Shown: one piece after another, positions 39,146-47,301 of the stretch
How the letters are laid out: each line of letters opens with the position of its first letter
Position numbering within the stretch: the stretch's first letter is position 1
NCBI GenBank assembly: GCA_029256345.1
Contig: JAQSYC010000025.1
Span: 1 to 47,301 of the forward strand
DNA: 47,301 bases
Reading direction: 5' to 3'
Source of the DNA: Clostridia bacterium
Lineage (GTDB): Bacteria > Bacillota > Clostridia > Lachnospirales > Cellulosilyticaceae
Notes under the pieces: model-generated
What the model saw: the letters and a program-made list of their open reading frames with translations, nothing else
Told to the model about the DNA's origin: nothing
Databases searched by the model: none
Program-made: the position numbers and the translations under genes

Positions 39146-40732
39146 ATGCAGGCAACATTTGAACAAATATCTAATCAGGTAACTGAAAAATGGGGCAATC
39201 TCACAAATTCTCAAAAAATAAAAATATACATAGGTATTACAGCAGTTATTATTACTTTAGGCATTATTGGTTTTCTATCTAGGCCGCAAATGAAGGCATT
39301 ATACCGCAATCTTGATTTAAAACAAGCATCAGAGGTAACTGAAATCTTAACAGAGCAGAAAATTAAATATAAACTTTTAGATGATGGGACGACGATTCAA
39401 GTTGACAAAAATCAACTTGATGCAGCTAAATTAATATTAGCAAGAGAGAATGTTCCCAAAGGACAATACACTTTTGATGATGCCATAACAAATAGTATGT
39501 CTACTACAGAAGATGAAAAAAAAGCTAAAATGAATCATCTTAAGCAAGTAGAACTGGAAAGCACACTGGAATCTATGGAGAATATAGAAGAAGCTCAGGT
39601 AACTTTAGTTATCCCAGAGGAGAAAAATTCTTTTATACAATCCAAACAACAGAGCAGTGCCAGTGTACTTTTAACATTAAATAATACTTTAAGTTCTAAG
39701 CAGGTTGAAGGTATAGCTAGACTTATATCAAGCAGTGTTCAGAATTTAGATATCAAAAACATCAATATTATTGATTCCACAGGAGAAAATTTATACATAG
39801 GGTCAGATGAGGGAGATTTAGCACTTGGTAAGCAGCAAGAACTAAAGGGAGCCGCAGAAAACACCATCAAGACTAAAATAACAGAGCTTTTAGGCGTGAT
39901 GTATGATGAGGTGCGCATCAGCCCTAATCTTATCTTAGACTTTAACCAATATGAAGAAGTCAGTGAAGTATACACTCCGCAATTTGAAGATGACAGCAGA
40001 GGAATTATACAGCAAGAAAATATTGCAAATGGCTCTTCAAGTAATACGCAGGAGGGTGCAGAGCCAGGAGTGGCCAATAATGGGGGAGATGCTCCAGTTT
40101 ATCAAATAGGAAATGGCGCTAATGGTGAAAGCAAGACAAGTACTAAAGATATTACTTATGTCAATGACAAAAAAGTTTCAACTTCTGTAAAAAACATAGG
40201 AGATATTGATTTTGAAAAATCATCCTTAGCAGTTAATTTATTTAAAAATAAAATTTATCAAGAGGAAGACGTAGAGGAAACTTTAGCAGGGATAACATGG
40301 GATCAATTTAAGGAACAAAATAAGATGCAGCTGCCTATGGCAGTAGATGAGACTATTATTAATTCTATCAAAAGTGCCACAGGAATAGACAATGTAGCCG
40401 TGCAAGGTTACGAAAATCCAGTTTTTGTTGATAAAGAAGCTTATGTTATTAATTATAAAGACTACCTGCCGTTTGTACTGATATTACTGATACTTGTCAT
40501 TATTGTTATTGCAGTTATGAGATTTAGGAAACATGAGGATACGGTAGAACTTGAACCAGAACTTGAAGTAGAAGAAATGCTGAAGGTTGCGAAGCAAGAA
40601 GTAGAATTAGAGTCAATTGAACTTAGGGAAACATTAGAGACTAAGAGACAAATTGATAAATTTGTAGATGAAAAGCCAGAGGCGGTAGCAAACTTATTGC
40701 GTAATTGGCTGACAGATGATGAGTGGGAGTGA
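39146..40732 (+). CDS. fliF: Flagellar M-ring protein
   Basis: Two TM segments, SASVLL, PEAVANLLRNWL C-terminus. Confidence 0.93.
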   Translation: MQATFEQISNQVTEKWGNLTNSQKIKIYIGITAVIITLGIIGFLSRPQMKALYRNLDLKQASEVTEILTEQKIKYKLLDDGTTIQVDKNQLDAAKLILARENVPKGQYTFDDAITNSMSTTEDEKKAKMNHLKQVELESTLESMENIEEAQVTLVIPEEKNSFIQSKQQSSASVLLTLNNTLSSKQVEGIARLISSSVQNLDIKNINIIDSTGENLYIGSDEGDLALGKQQELKGAAENTIKTKITELLGVMYDEVRISPNLILDFNQYEEVSEVYTPQFEDDSRGIIQQENIANGSSSNTQEGAEPGVANNGGDAPVYQIGNGANGESKTSTKDITYVNDKKVSTSVKNIGDIDFEKSSLAVNLFKNKIYQEEDVEETLAGITWDQFKEQNKMQLPMAVDETIINSIKSATGIDNVAVQGYENPVFVDKEAYVINYKDYLPFVLILLILVIIVIAVMRFRKHEDTVELEPELEVEEMLKVAKQEVELESIELRETLETKRQIDKFVDEKPEAVANLLRNWLTDDEWE

Positions 40733-41745
40733 TGACTTTGACAAAAGATCAATATAGTAGTAAACAAAAAGCGGCTATGTTACTCATAGCATTAGGCCCA
40801 GAAAAGTCAGCTAAGATTTTCAAATATTTAAAAGAAGAAGACATAGAACAGTTAACACTTGAAATTGCCAGTATTAAGGCAGTTTCACCAAAGGCAAAAG
40901 AAGAAGTGCTTCAAGAATTTTATGAAATGTGTTTGGCACAGGACTACATAGCAGAAGGTGGTATTGGCTATGCAAGACAGCTTTTGGAGAAAGCATTAGG
41001 TTCAGATAAAGCAGTAGAGGTTATTAATAAATTAACAGTATCCCTACAGGTAAGACCTTTTGAATTTGCCAGAAAGACAGATGCAGCTCAGCTTGTCAAC
41101 TTTATACAAAATGAGCATCCACAGACCATTGCACTGATTCTCTCATATTTAAAACCTTCGCAAGCAGCACTGATTATTAGGTCTTTACCTTCTGACATGC
41201 AGTCAGATACAGCAAGAAGGATTGCTTTAATGGATAGAGCGTCACCAGATGTTATCGGTCAGATCGAACGCGAATTTGAAAAAAGACTTTCTACTTTAGT
41301 ATCGGAAGACTATACATCTATTGGTGGTGTTGACTCTATTGTAGACATTATTAATCAGGTAGACAGAGGAACAGAAAAGAATATTATGGAAAACTTAGAA
41401 ATTGAAGATCCAGAGTTGGCAGAAATCATCAAAAAACGTATGTTTGTATTTGAAGATATCACAACACTTGATAATAAGTCTATACAAAGAGTTTTACGTG
41501 AAGTGGATAACCACGAGCTTGCAATTGCTCTTAAAGGAGCAGGGGAGTCTGTTAAGCAAGTTATCATGAGTAACATTTCTAAACGTCTTGCGGCTATGAT
41601 TGAAGAAGATCTGGAGTATATGGGACCAAAGCGTGTTAAAGAAGTGGAAGAAGCACAGCAAAAAATTGTTAATATTATTCGTAAATTAGAAGATGCTGGT
41701 GAAATTGTTATATCCCGCGGAGCAGGAGATGAGGTTGTTGTCTAG
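40732..41745 (+). CDS. fliG: Flagellar motor switch protein
   Basis: KAAMLLIALG, EHPQTIAL, MFVFED; TGATG overlap with the fliF stop. Confidence 0.97.
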   Translation: MTLTKDQYSSKQKAAMLLIALGPEKSAKIFKYLKEEDIEQLTLEIASIKAVSPKAKEEVLQEFYEMCLAQDYIAEGGIGYARQLLEKALGSDKAVEVINKLTVSLQVRPFEFARKTDAAQLVNFIQNEHPQTIALILSYLKPSQAALIIRSLPSDMQSDTARRIALMDRASPDVIGQIEREFEKRLSTLVSEDYTSIGGVDSIVDIINQVDRGTEKNIMENLEIEDPELAEIIKKRMFVFEDITTLDNKSIQRVLREVDNHELAIALKGAGESVKQVIMSNISKRLAAMIEEDLEYMGPKRVKEVEEAQQKIVNIIRKLEDAGEIVISRGAGDEVVV

Positions 41746-42511
41746 TATTATTAAAGGTGGAAGAATAAGAGAACAAAAGATTATTAACTTATCAGAACGC
41801 TTCAGTGCTATAGACAGTCAGGCTGAAAGAAATGATTTTTTGCTAAATGAAGGAACCGCATTAGCACCTCAACAAGAAGCAGAAGACATGTTTTTGCAGG
41901 AAGAGCAAACGCACCGCATGTATGAAGAAGCTGAAACTGCACTTCGTGAGGCAAAGGAAAAGGCCAGGCAAATAGTTGAAGAGGCGATGGGTAAGGCTGA
42001 CGTAATAAAAGAAGCAGCCCAAAAAGAAAAAATGAGCTTATTAAATGAAGCAGTTGATAAGCAAAAGGGTATACTTGAAGCAGCAAAAAGAGAAGCTGAG
42101 CAGATTGTACAAGATGCCGAAACAGAGAAAAAACATATTATTGGAAATACTGAAAGTGAACTGGCACAAACACTTATGACTTTATTACAATATTTAATTG
42201 GTGAAGAAGTATATCACAATATAGACTGGCTTTTATGTATCATTAGAAAAATGTTGTCAAATGATGCTTTGAAAAAAGAAATAAAGATTTTTGTGTCACC
42301 GGCTATGTACAACAAACTGACAGATGAAAATAAAGAAAAGCTTAAGCATATAAAAGAAGGGGTAACCTTACAGAGCTTAGAGACTATGGAAGATACAGCG
42401 TGCAGAGTTGAAACAGAGCAAGGAGCCATTGAATATGATGTTAAAGAGGGATTAGATAAAGTCCTGTCTGATATTGATATTTTAAAAAATCTGAAACAGG
42501 AGCGCCTATGA
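41738..42511 (+). CDS. fliH: Flagellar assembly protein FliH
   Basis: Between fliG and fliI; coiled coil; CRVETEQG C-terminal motif; TTG start inferred. Confidence 0.82.
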   Translation: MSSIIKGGRIREQKIINLSERFSAIDSQAERNDFLLNEGTALAPQQEAEDMFLQEEQTHRMYEEAETALREAKEKARQIVEEAMGKADVIKEAAQKEKMSLLNEAVDKQKGILEAAKREAEQIVQDAETEKKHIIGNTESELAQTLMTLLQYLIGEEVYHNIDWLLCIIRKMLSNDALKKEIKIFVSPAMYNKLTDENKEKLKHIKEGVTLQSLETMEDTACRVETEQGAIEYDVKEGLDKVLSDIDILKNLKQERL

Positions 42512-43809
42512 TTGACTTAAAGAAATATACAGAGATAGCCAATAAACAATTATGGACCTACACCGGGAAAGTGACAAAAGTCATTGGTATGAGTATAGAA
42601 TCTTTAGGACCTTTTGCAAATATAGGAGATATATGTTCTATAGAAACATCAAATGGGCAAAAAGAAATATTGGCAGAAGTAGTTGGATTTAAAAAAGATC
42701 ATATTTTGCTGATGCCCTTGGGAACGCTAGAAGGTATTGGGCCAGGCTGTAAAGTGCAGTCCTGCGGAGAAAAACTGGCGATAAAGGCAGGGCAACAATT
42801 ACTGGGACAAGTCGTCAATTGGAAGGCTGAACCTATTAATGGCAATACGATTGACTGTATAGATACTGTACCGCTTGACAATACTGCCCCGAATCCACTG
42901 ACAAGAAATAGAATTGAAACACATATGGAACTGGGTATTAGGACCATTGATGGAATGTTGACCGTAGGAAAAGGCCAAAGAATAGGAATCTTTGCAGGAA
43001 GTGGCGTAGGCAAAAGTACGCTTTTAGGAATGATTGCAAGAAATGCATTATCAGATATTAATATTATTGCATTAATTGGAGAACGAGGAAGAGAAGTAAG
43101 AGAATTTTTAGAAAAAGATTTACAGGAAGAGGGTTTAAAAAGATCTATTGTTGTTGTAGCTACTTCAGATCAGCCAGCACTTATGAGACTTAAGGCTGCT
43201 CAGGCTGCTACAGCTTTGGCGGAATATTTCAGAGAACAAGGAAAAGATGTTTTGCTAATGATGGATTCACTGACCAGGTTTTCTATGGCACAAAGAGAAA
43301 TAGGTCTTGCGACCGGTGAACCACCGGTTTCAAGAGGTTATACCCCGTCAGTATTTGCAGTCATGCCCAAGCTTTTAGAAAGGGCAGGACATTCGGATAA
43401 AGGCAGTATAACAGGGATGTATACAGTACTTGTTGATGGGGATGATTTTAATGAACCCATTACAGATACTGCCAGAGGGATATTAGATGGGCATATTGTC
43501 TTATCCAGAAAGTTAGCCAATAAAGGCCACTACCCTGCTATAGATGTGCTGGCAAGTATATCCAGGGTGATGAATGACATTGTAACGGATGAGCATAAAG
43601 CGTATGCCAGAGAGATTAAGAAGCATTTGGCAGTTTATAAGGAATCAGAAGATCTGATTAATGTAGGTGCTTATAGCAAAGGCAGTAATACTGAGATTGA
43701 TACAGCTATCGAAAAAATTGGAGAGATTAATGAGTTTTTACAACAGTCGGTTGAAGACAAAATTGATTTTCAAAGTACATTCAATCAAATGAAGAAGATT
43801 GTCCGTTAG
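42508..43809 (+). CDS. fliI: Flagellum-specific export ATPase
   Basis: AGSGVGKST, GERGREV, DSLTRF, DGHIVLSR. Confidence 0.97.
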   Translation: MIDLKKYTEIANKQLWTYTGKVTKVIGMSIESLGPFANIGDICSIETSNGQKEILAEVVGFKKDHILLMPLGTLEGIGPGCKVQSCGEKLAIKAGQQLLGQVVNWKAEPINGNTIDCIDTVPLDNTAPNPLTRNRIETHMELGIRTIDGMLTVGKGQRIGIFAGSGVGKSTLLGMIARNALSDINIIALIGERGREVREFLEKDLQEEGLKRSIVVVATSDQPALMRLKAAQAATALAEYFREQGKDVLLMMDSLTRFSMAQREIGLATGEPPVSRGYTPSVFAVMPKLLERAGHSDKGSITGMYTVLVDGDDFNEPITDTARGILDGHIVLSRKLANKGHYPAIDVLASISRVMNDIVTDEHKAYAREIKKHLAVYKESEDLINVGAYSKGSNTEIDTAIEKIGEINEFLQQSVEDKIDFQSTFNQMKKIVR

Positions 43810-43819
43810 GAGAGAGCCA

Positions 43820-44269
43820 ATGTTTAAATTTGAACTTGATTCAGTTCTTTCACTTAAAGAAAAACTAGAAGATGCTAAAAAAAGAGAATTAGGCCTAGCT
43901 AATAGACATAAAGAACAGCTAGAATTTAAAAAAAATACATTGATTGAAGAGCACCAAGTTGTTTATAGCCAAATCAAAACCAATAGCAGTAAACAAGTTA
44001 ATATACGAGAAGTGAAAGTCCTTAATCAATATTCAACGTATGTTAATCAGCAAATTAAACAAACAGAAGTTCGTATCAATAACGCCCGAAAAGTTGTAGA
44101 AAAAAAACGTGATGAGCTGCTTAGTGCCGTAAAGGAACGTCAAATATTAGATAATCTAAAAGAAATTAAGCTGGAACAATATAGAGAAGAAACAAAAAAG
44201 ATAGAGCAGCTTTTACTTGATGAAACAGTAAGTTACAAATACGGTGTACTAAAAAAGGGGGATGAATAA
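43820..44269 (+). CDS. fliJ: Flagellar export protein FliJ
   Basis: FKFELDSVL N-terminus, EQLLLDE C-terminus; follows fliI. Confidence 0.9.
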   Translation: MFKFELDSVLSLKEKLEDAKKRELGLANRHKEQLEFKKNTLIEEHQVVYSQIKTNSSKQVNIREVKVLNQYSTYVNQQIKQTEVRINNARKVVEKKRDELLSAVKERQILDNLKEIKLEQYREETKKIEQLLLDETVSYKYGVLKKGDE

Positions 44270-45010
44270 ATGGCTAATAAAAATGAAAAACCAGTTAAAA
44301 CAGAGACTGTAGATTCCCCAATAAAACGTAAAAAACATAAAAAGAGAAATGGGCTCTTTATTGGTCTTGGCATTTTAATAGTCCTAGTTCTTATGGGTAT
44401 TGTATTTAGAAATCAAATCAGTGCTTATCTGGGTAATGTCCTAAAAGATGTACCTATAGCTAATGAATTTTTCAAACAAGAGACAGATCCCTATAAGCTA
44501 TTGACTAAACAGCAGCTTGTGACGCAGCTGGAGCAAAAAACAGCAGAGCAAGAAGCACTTAGCCAAACACTGACAGAACTGCAACAAGAAAAGAGTAGTT
44601 TAGAAGAAAAAATAACTGCTTTAAAAGAATATGAGGCTAAATATGCAGAATTTATAAGTCAGAAACAAGCGTGGGATGAAACGATTGCACGAACAGACCC
44701 ACAGATGTTTTTAGAGCAATTTGAAAAAATGTATCCTGATACGATGGAAGCAATATATAGGGATCTTAAAATAGATGATATACTTACAAAAGAGCAAAAG
44801 GAGTTTTCAAACACTGTGGCTCAGATGGAGGAAGAACAGGCAGCGAAGGCATTGGAGGCACTAATAACCACCGATACTGAACTGATTAAACAAATTTTTG
44901 AAGGCATGAAACAAGAAAGAAAATCATTAATACTCAGTAGTATGCAATCAGAAAATGCGGCAGTAGTGATTAAGCTATTATCACCAGACGGGGTTCAAAA
45001 TGATGAATAA
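44270..45010 (+). CDS. YlxF/MotE-like flagellar protein (TM, coiled coil, MgtE-N-like tail)
   Basis: Between fliJ and fliK; QMEEEQAAKAL...ILSSMQSENAA pattern. Confidence 0.7.
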   Translation: MANKNEKPVKTETVDSPIKRKKHKKRNGLFIGLGILIVLVLMGIVFRNQISAYLGNVLKDVPIANEFFKQETDPYKLLTKQQLVTQLEQKTAEQEALSQTLTELQQEKSSLEEKITALKEYEAKYAEFISQKQAWDETIARTDPQMFLEQFEKMYPDTMEAIYRDLKIDDILTKEQKEFSNTVAQMEEEQAAKALEALITTDTELIKQIFEGMKQERKSLILSSMQSENAAVVIKLLSPDGVQNDE

Positions 45011-45022
45011 GGGGGGATATAA

Positions 45023-46306
45023 ATGAATAACGCAAGTATCGATATGCTTATGCCAAAGGCAAAGGACATCAAGTCAGAGGCTATAGGGGTTAAATCTTCT
45101 GATAAAACAGTAAGAGAAAATGAAAATACTTTTAACAATGAGCTATCAAAAGTGAAAACTAAAAGTAAGGATACAAAGGTTGCCAAAAGTATGATCAAAG
45201 ACAATACAAAAGATCTTTTAGTAAAAAAATCAGTTGATATAAAAAAGCTTGAGGATATGCAGGATGAGCAAGCTATTTGTAATACTATTCTTACACTTAT
45301 TCAGGATGTCTTGCAAATATCGGTTGAAGATATTGAACAGATTTTAGGAGAAATGAATATTGAACCAACAGATTTGCTTAACCAGGATACATTTAAAGAG
45401 TTCTTAACATATGCCTATCCTGTGCTTAATGAAAATGAGTTATTATTTAATGAGCATAACTTAAAAGACATCAGCAAATTATTTGCAAAACTTGAACAAA
45501 TCAATGAATTATTAAGTGATGGAGAAAGCAATATCTTAATCGAAAAGCTTGTAATACAAGATGAAGTGATTCAAACAACGGTGACAAAAGTGGAGAGTGA
45601 ACTGCAAACTACTGAGCCCAGTACAGAGGAGCCGATGACGCTATCTCCGGAAAGCATTCAAGCTGCTGTGAAAAATAGTTTATCAAATCAACAGTCAGCA
45701 AGGACGGCACCCACGGATGAAACAGTTTTGGAGAGTAATTTATCGGAAGAAGGATTTTTGAGCACTAAGCAAATGGGATTAGGGTTAACAACGCCTATAC
45801 AGGCATTTAACAGTATTATACATTCAAAATCATGGGGCATGCAGGAGGGAACAACCAACAACAGTATGTCAAGATTTATTCAGGATAATTCTTTGAGTAG
45901 TCAAATTATTAATAAAATAGATGCAACAAACCTAGGAAACTATAAAGAAATTACGATGGAGCTTTCACCCAAAGAACTTGGGAACTTGTCCATTAAATTA
46001 GCAGAGACTAATGGTGTTATTGTAGCAAATATTCGTGTAGATAATGAGAAAACAAAAGAATTGTTATTAAGTGAAATGGCACAGCTTAAACAAACCTTGG
46101 AAGCGCAGGGATTGTCTGTCAGTGATGTTAAAGTAGATGTAAGGCAAAACCCGCATCAGTCTGAGATGGAGAAGCAAAAGCAAAAGTCAGCTAAACGTAT
46201 ACAGGAACTTATTGATAAACACTTGACAGAAACTGAAGAAATAAGTATGCAGCTAGATGAAAGTACAGGTGAAGTGGTCGAAACAGAAGTAAACTATATG
46301 GTCTAA
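45023..46306 (+). CDS. fliK: Flagellar hook-length control protein
   Basis: C-terminal MELSPKELG...LKQTLEAQGL domain; low-complexity N-terminal part; position before flgD. Confidence 0.88.
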   Translation: MNNASIDMLMPKAKDIKSEAIGVKSSDKTVRENENTFNNELSKVKTKSKDTKVAKSMIKDNTKDLLVKKSVDIKKLEDMQDEQAICNTILTLIQDVLQISVEDIEQILGEMNIEPTDLLNQDTFKEFLTYAYPVLNENELLFNEHNLKDISKLFAKLEQINELLSDGESNILIEKLVIQDEVIQTTVTKVESELQTTEPSTEEPMTLSPESIQAAVKNSLSNQQSARTAPTDETVLESNLSEEGFLSTKQMGLGLTTPIQAFNSIIHSKSWGMQEGTTNNSMSRFIQDNSLSSQIINKIDATNLGNYKEITMELSPKELGNLSIKLAETNGVIVANIRVDNEKTKELLLSEMAQLKQTLEAQGLSVSDVKVDVRQNPHQSEMEKQKQKSAKRIQELIDKHLTETEEISMQLDESTGEVVETEVNYMV

Positions 46307-46320
46307 AGGAGGGATAAGAT

Positions 46321-47174
46321 ATGGCAGCAGTCAATTTAGTAACATCAGAAAGTGATTATTTAAAAGTAAGTGCTGAAAGAACAACGCAAAGTGCATTAGA
46401 TAAAGATGCAGTGATTATTTAAAAGTAAGTGCTGAAAGAACAACGCAAAGTGCATTAGATAAAGATGCTTTTATGAATCTATTGGTGACACAGATGAAGT
46501 ATCAAGATCCACTTAATCCTATGGATAATCAGGAAATGATGGCACAGCTGGCACAATTTACCGCAGTGGAGCAAATGATGAATGTGGCTCAAACGGTAGA
46601 AAAACAGCTGGCCAATGGCATGATAGGCAAACATGTCTCTTATCAATATGACAACACTGAGACTGGCCAAACAGAGTATCTTGTTGGAAAAGTAGATTAT
46701 GTCAAAACCAGCGGTGGTGATACGCTACTTGGAATAGGGGATCATGAGATTGGTGTAAAGGATGTTCTGCAGGTAATAGACTCTGCCAACATCCAGTCTA
46801 ATACGTCAGCTTATGAATTGATTGGTAAAACTGTTCAGGGTCTTATTACACAAAAAGATGCTGAGGGTGTAGAAGAAGATGTTGTTATTGAAGGTGAAGT
46901 ACAAGGAATCCGTATGAAAGATGAAGTCCCATTCCTTGTGATTGGAACAGGCACCAATAAAGTGGAGATTGATTTTAACGATGTACAAAATATCGTTGAA
47001 AAACCAACCATTACTGGAAGAAAAATAAGTGCAACCCTGACGGATGAAGATGGCAACGAACAAACTGTGACAGGTATAGCAGAATATATAAAAATCACAA
47101 AAGCAGGCACTTATGTTTATGTAGATGGACAGTTTGTAGAGTTTGAAGATATTGAAACAGTTGAAAATCAATAG
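46321..47174 (+). CDS. flgD: Flagellar hook-capping protein, frameshifted by a 59-bp tandem duplication
   Basis: AAGGAGG RBS before ATG 46321; removing one repeat copy restores LDKDAFMNLLVTQMKYQDPLNP. Confidence 0.9.
46351..46468 (+). repeat. Exact 59-bp tandem duplication
   Basis: AGTGATTATT...TAAAGATGC at 46351-46409 and 46410-46468. Confidence 0.97.
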
Positions 47175-47210
47175 TAAAACTATTTATAAAAACAGAGGAG
47201 GCAGATAGTT

Positions 47211-47301
47211 ATGATGAGATCAATGTTTTCTGGCGTATCAGGTCTTAGAGTACACCAGACAAGAATGGATGTTATAGGTAATAATATAGCCAATGTTAAT
47301 A
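47211..47301 (+). CDS. flgE: Flagellar hook protein, N-terminus only (cut by window edge)
   Basis: [30 protein letters not shown]; GAGGAGG RBS; follows flgD. Confidence 0.88.
   Translation, partial: MMRSMFSGVSGLRVHQTRMDVIGNNIANVN

Noticed and set aside
46351-46468. CRISPR-like repeat
   Set aside because: Two adjacent copies, no spacer, inside a coding region, no cas genes
227-47171. Numerous 60-170 aa ORFs overlapping long genes
   Set aside because: Antisense or off-frame shadows of well-supported conserved CDSs

Overview
Core-genome segment of a low-GC, spore-forming, flagellated clostridial bacterium (lineage inferred from gene content, T-box, SpoIIM and RBS style). In order: partial GH94 phosphorylase, TSUP transporter, ABC-F ATPase, rpsA, T-box-controlled valS, Ca2+-type P-ATPase, a HydABC-type [FeFe]-hydrogenase operon with Rex-like operators, glgB, argGH, cinA-recA-rny, purB, an NfeD/SPFH pair, proC-nudF-spoIIM, and a flgB-flgE flagellar operon behind a c-di-GMP-I riboswitch. 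I saw no CRISPR array, rRNA, tRNA, prophage or transposase. The best novel candidates are non-coding: a ~165-nt orphan sRNA with a forespore (sigma-G/F-like) promoter at 2839-3039, and a long c-di-GMP leader with a distant terminator and a second internal promoter. valS, argG and flgD (possibly spoIIM) carry clean lesions, either internal deletions or a 59-bp tandem duplication, that are most likely assembly-join artefacts. All calls are by eye from motifs and synteny; no searches were run.
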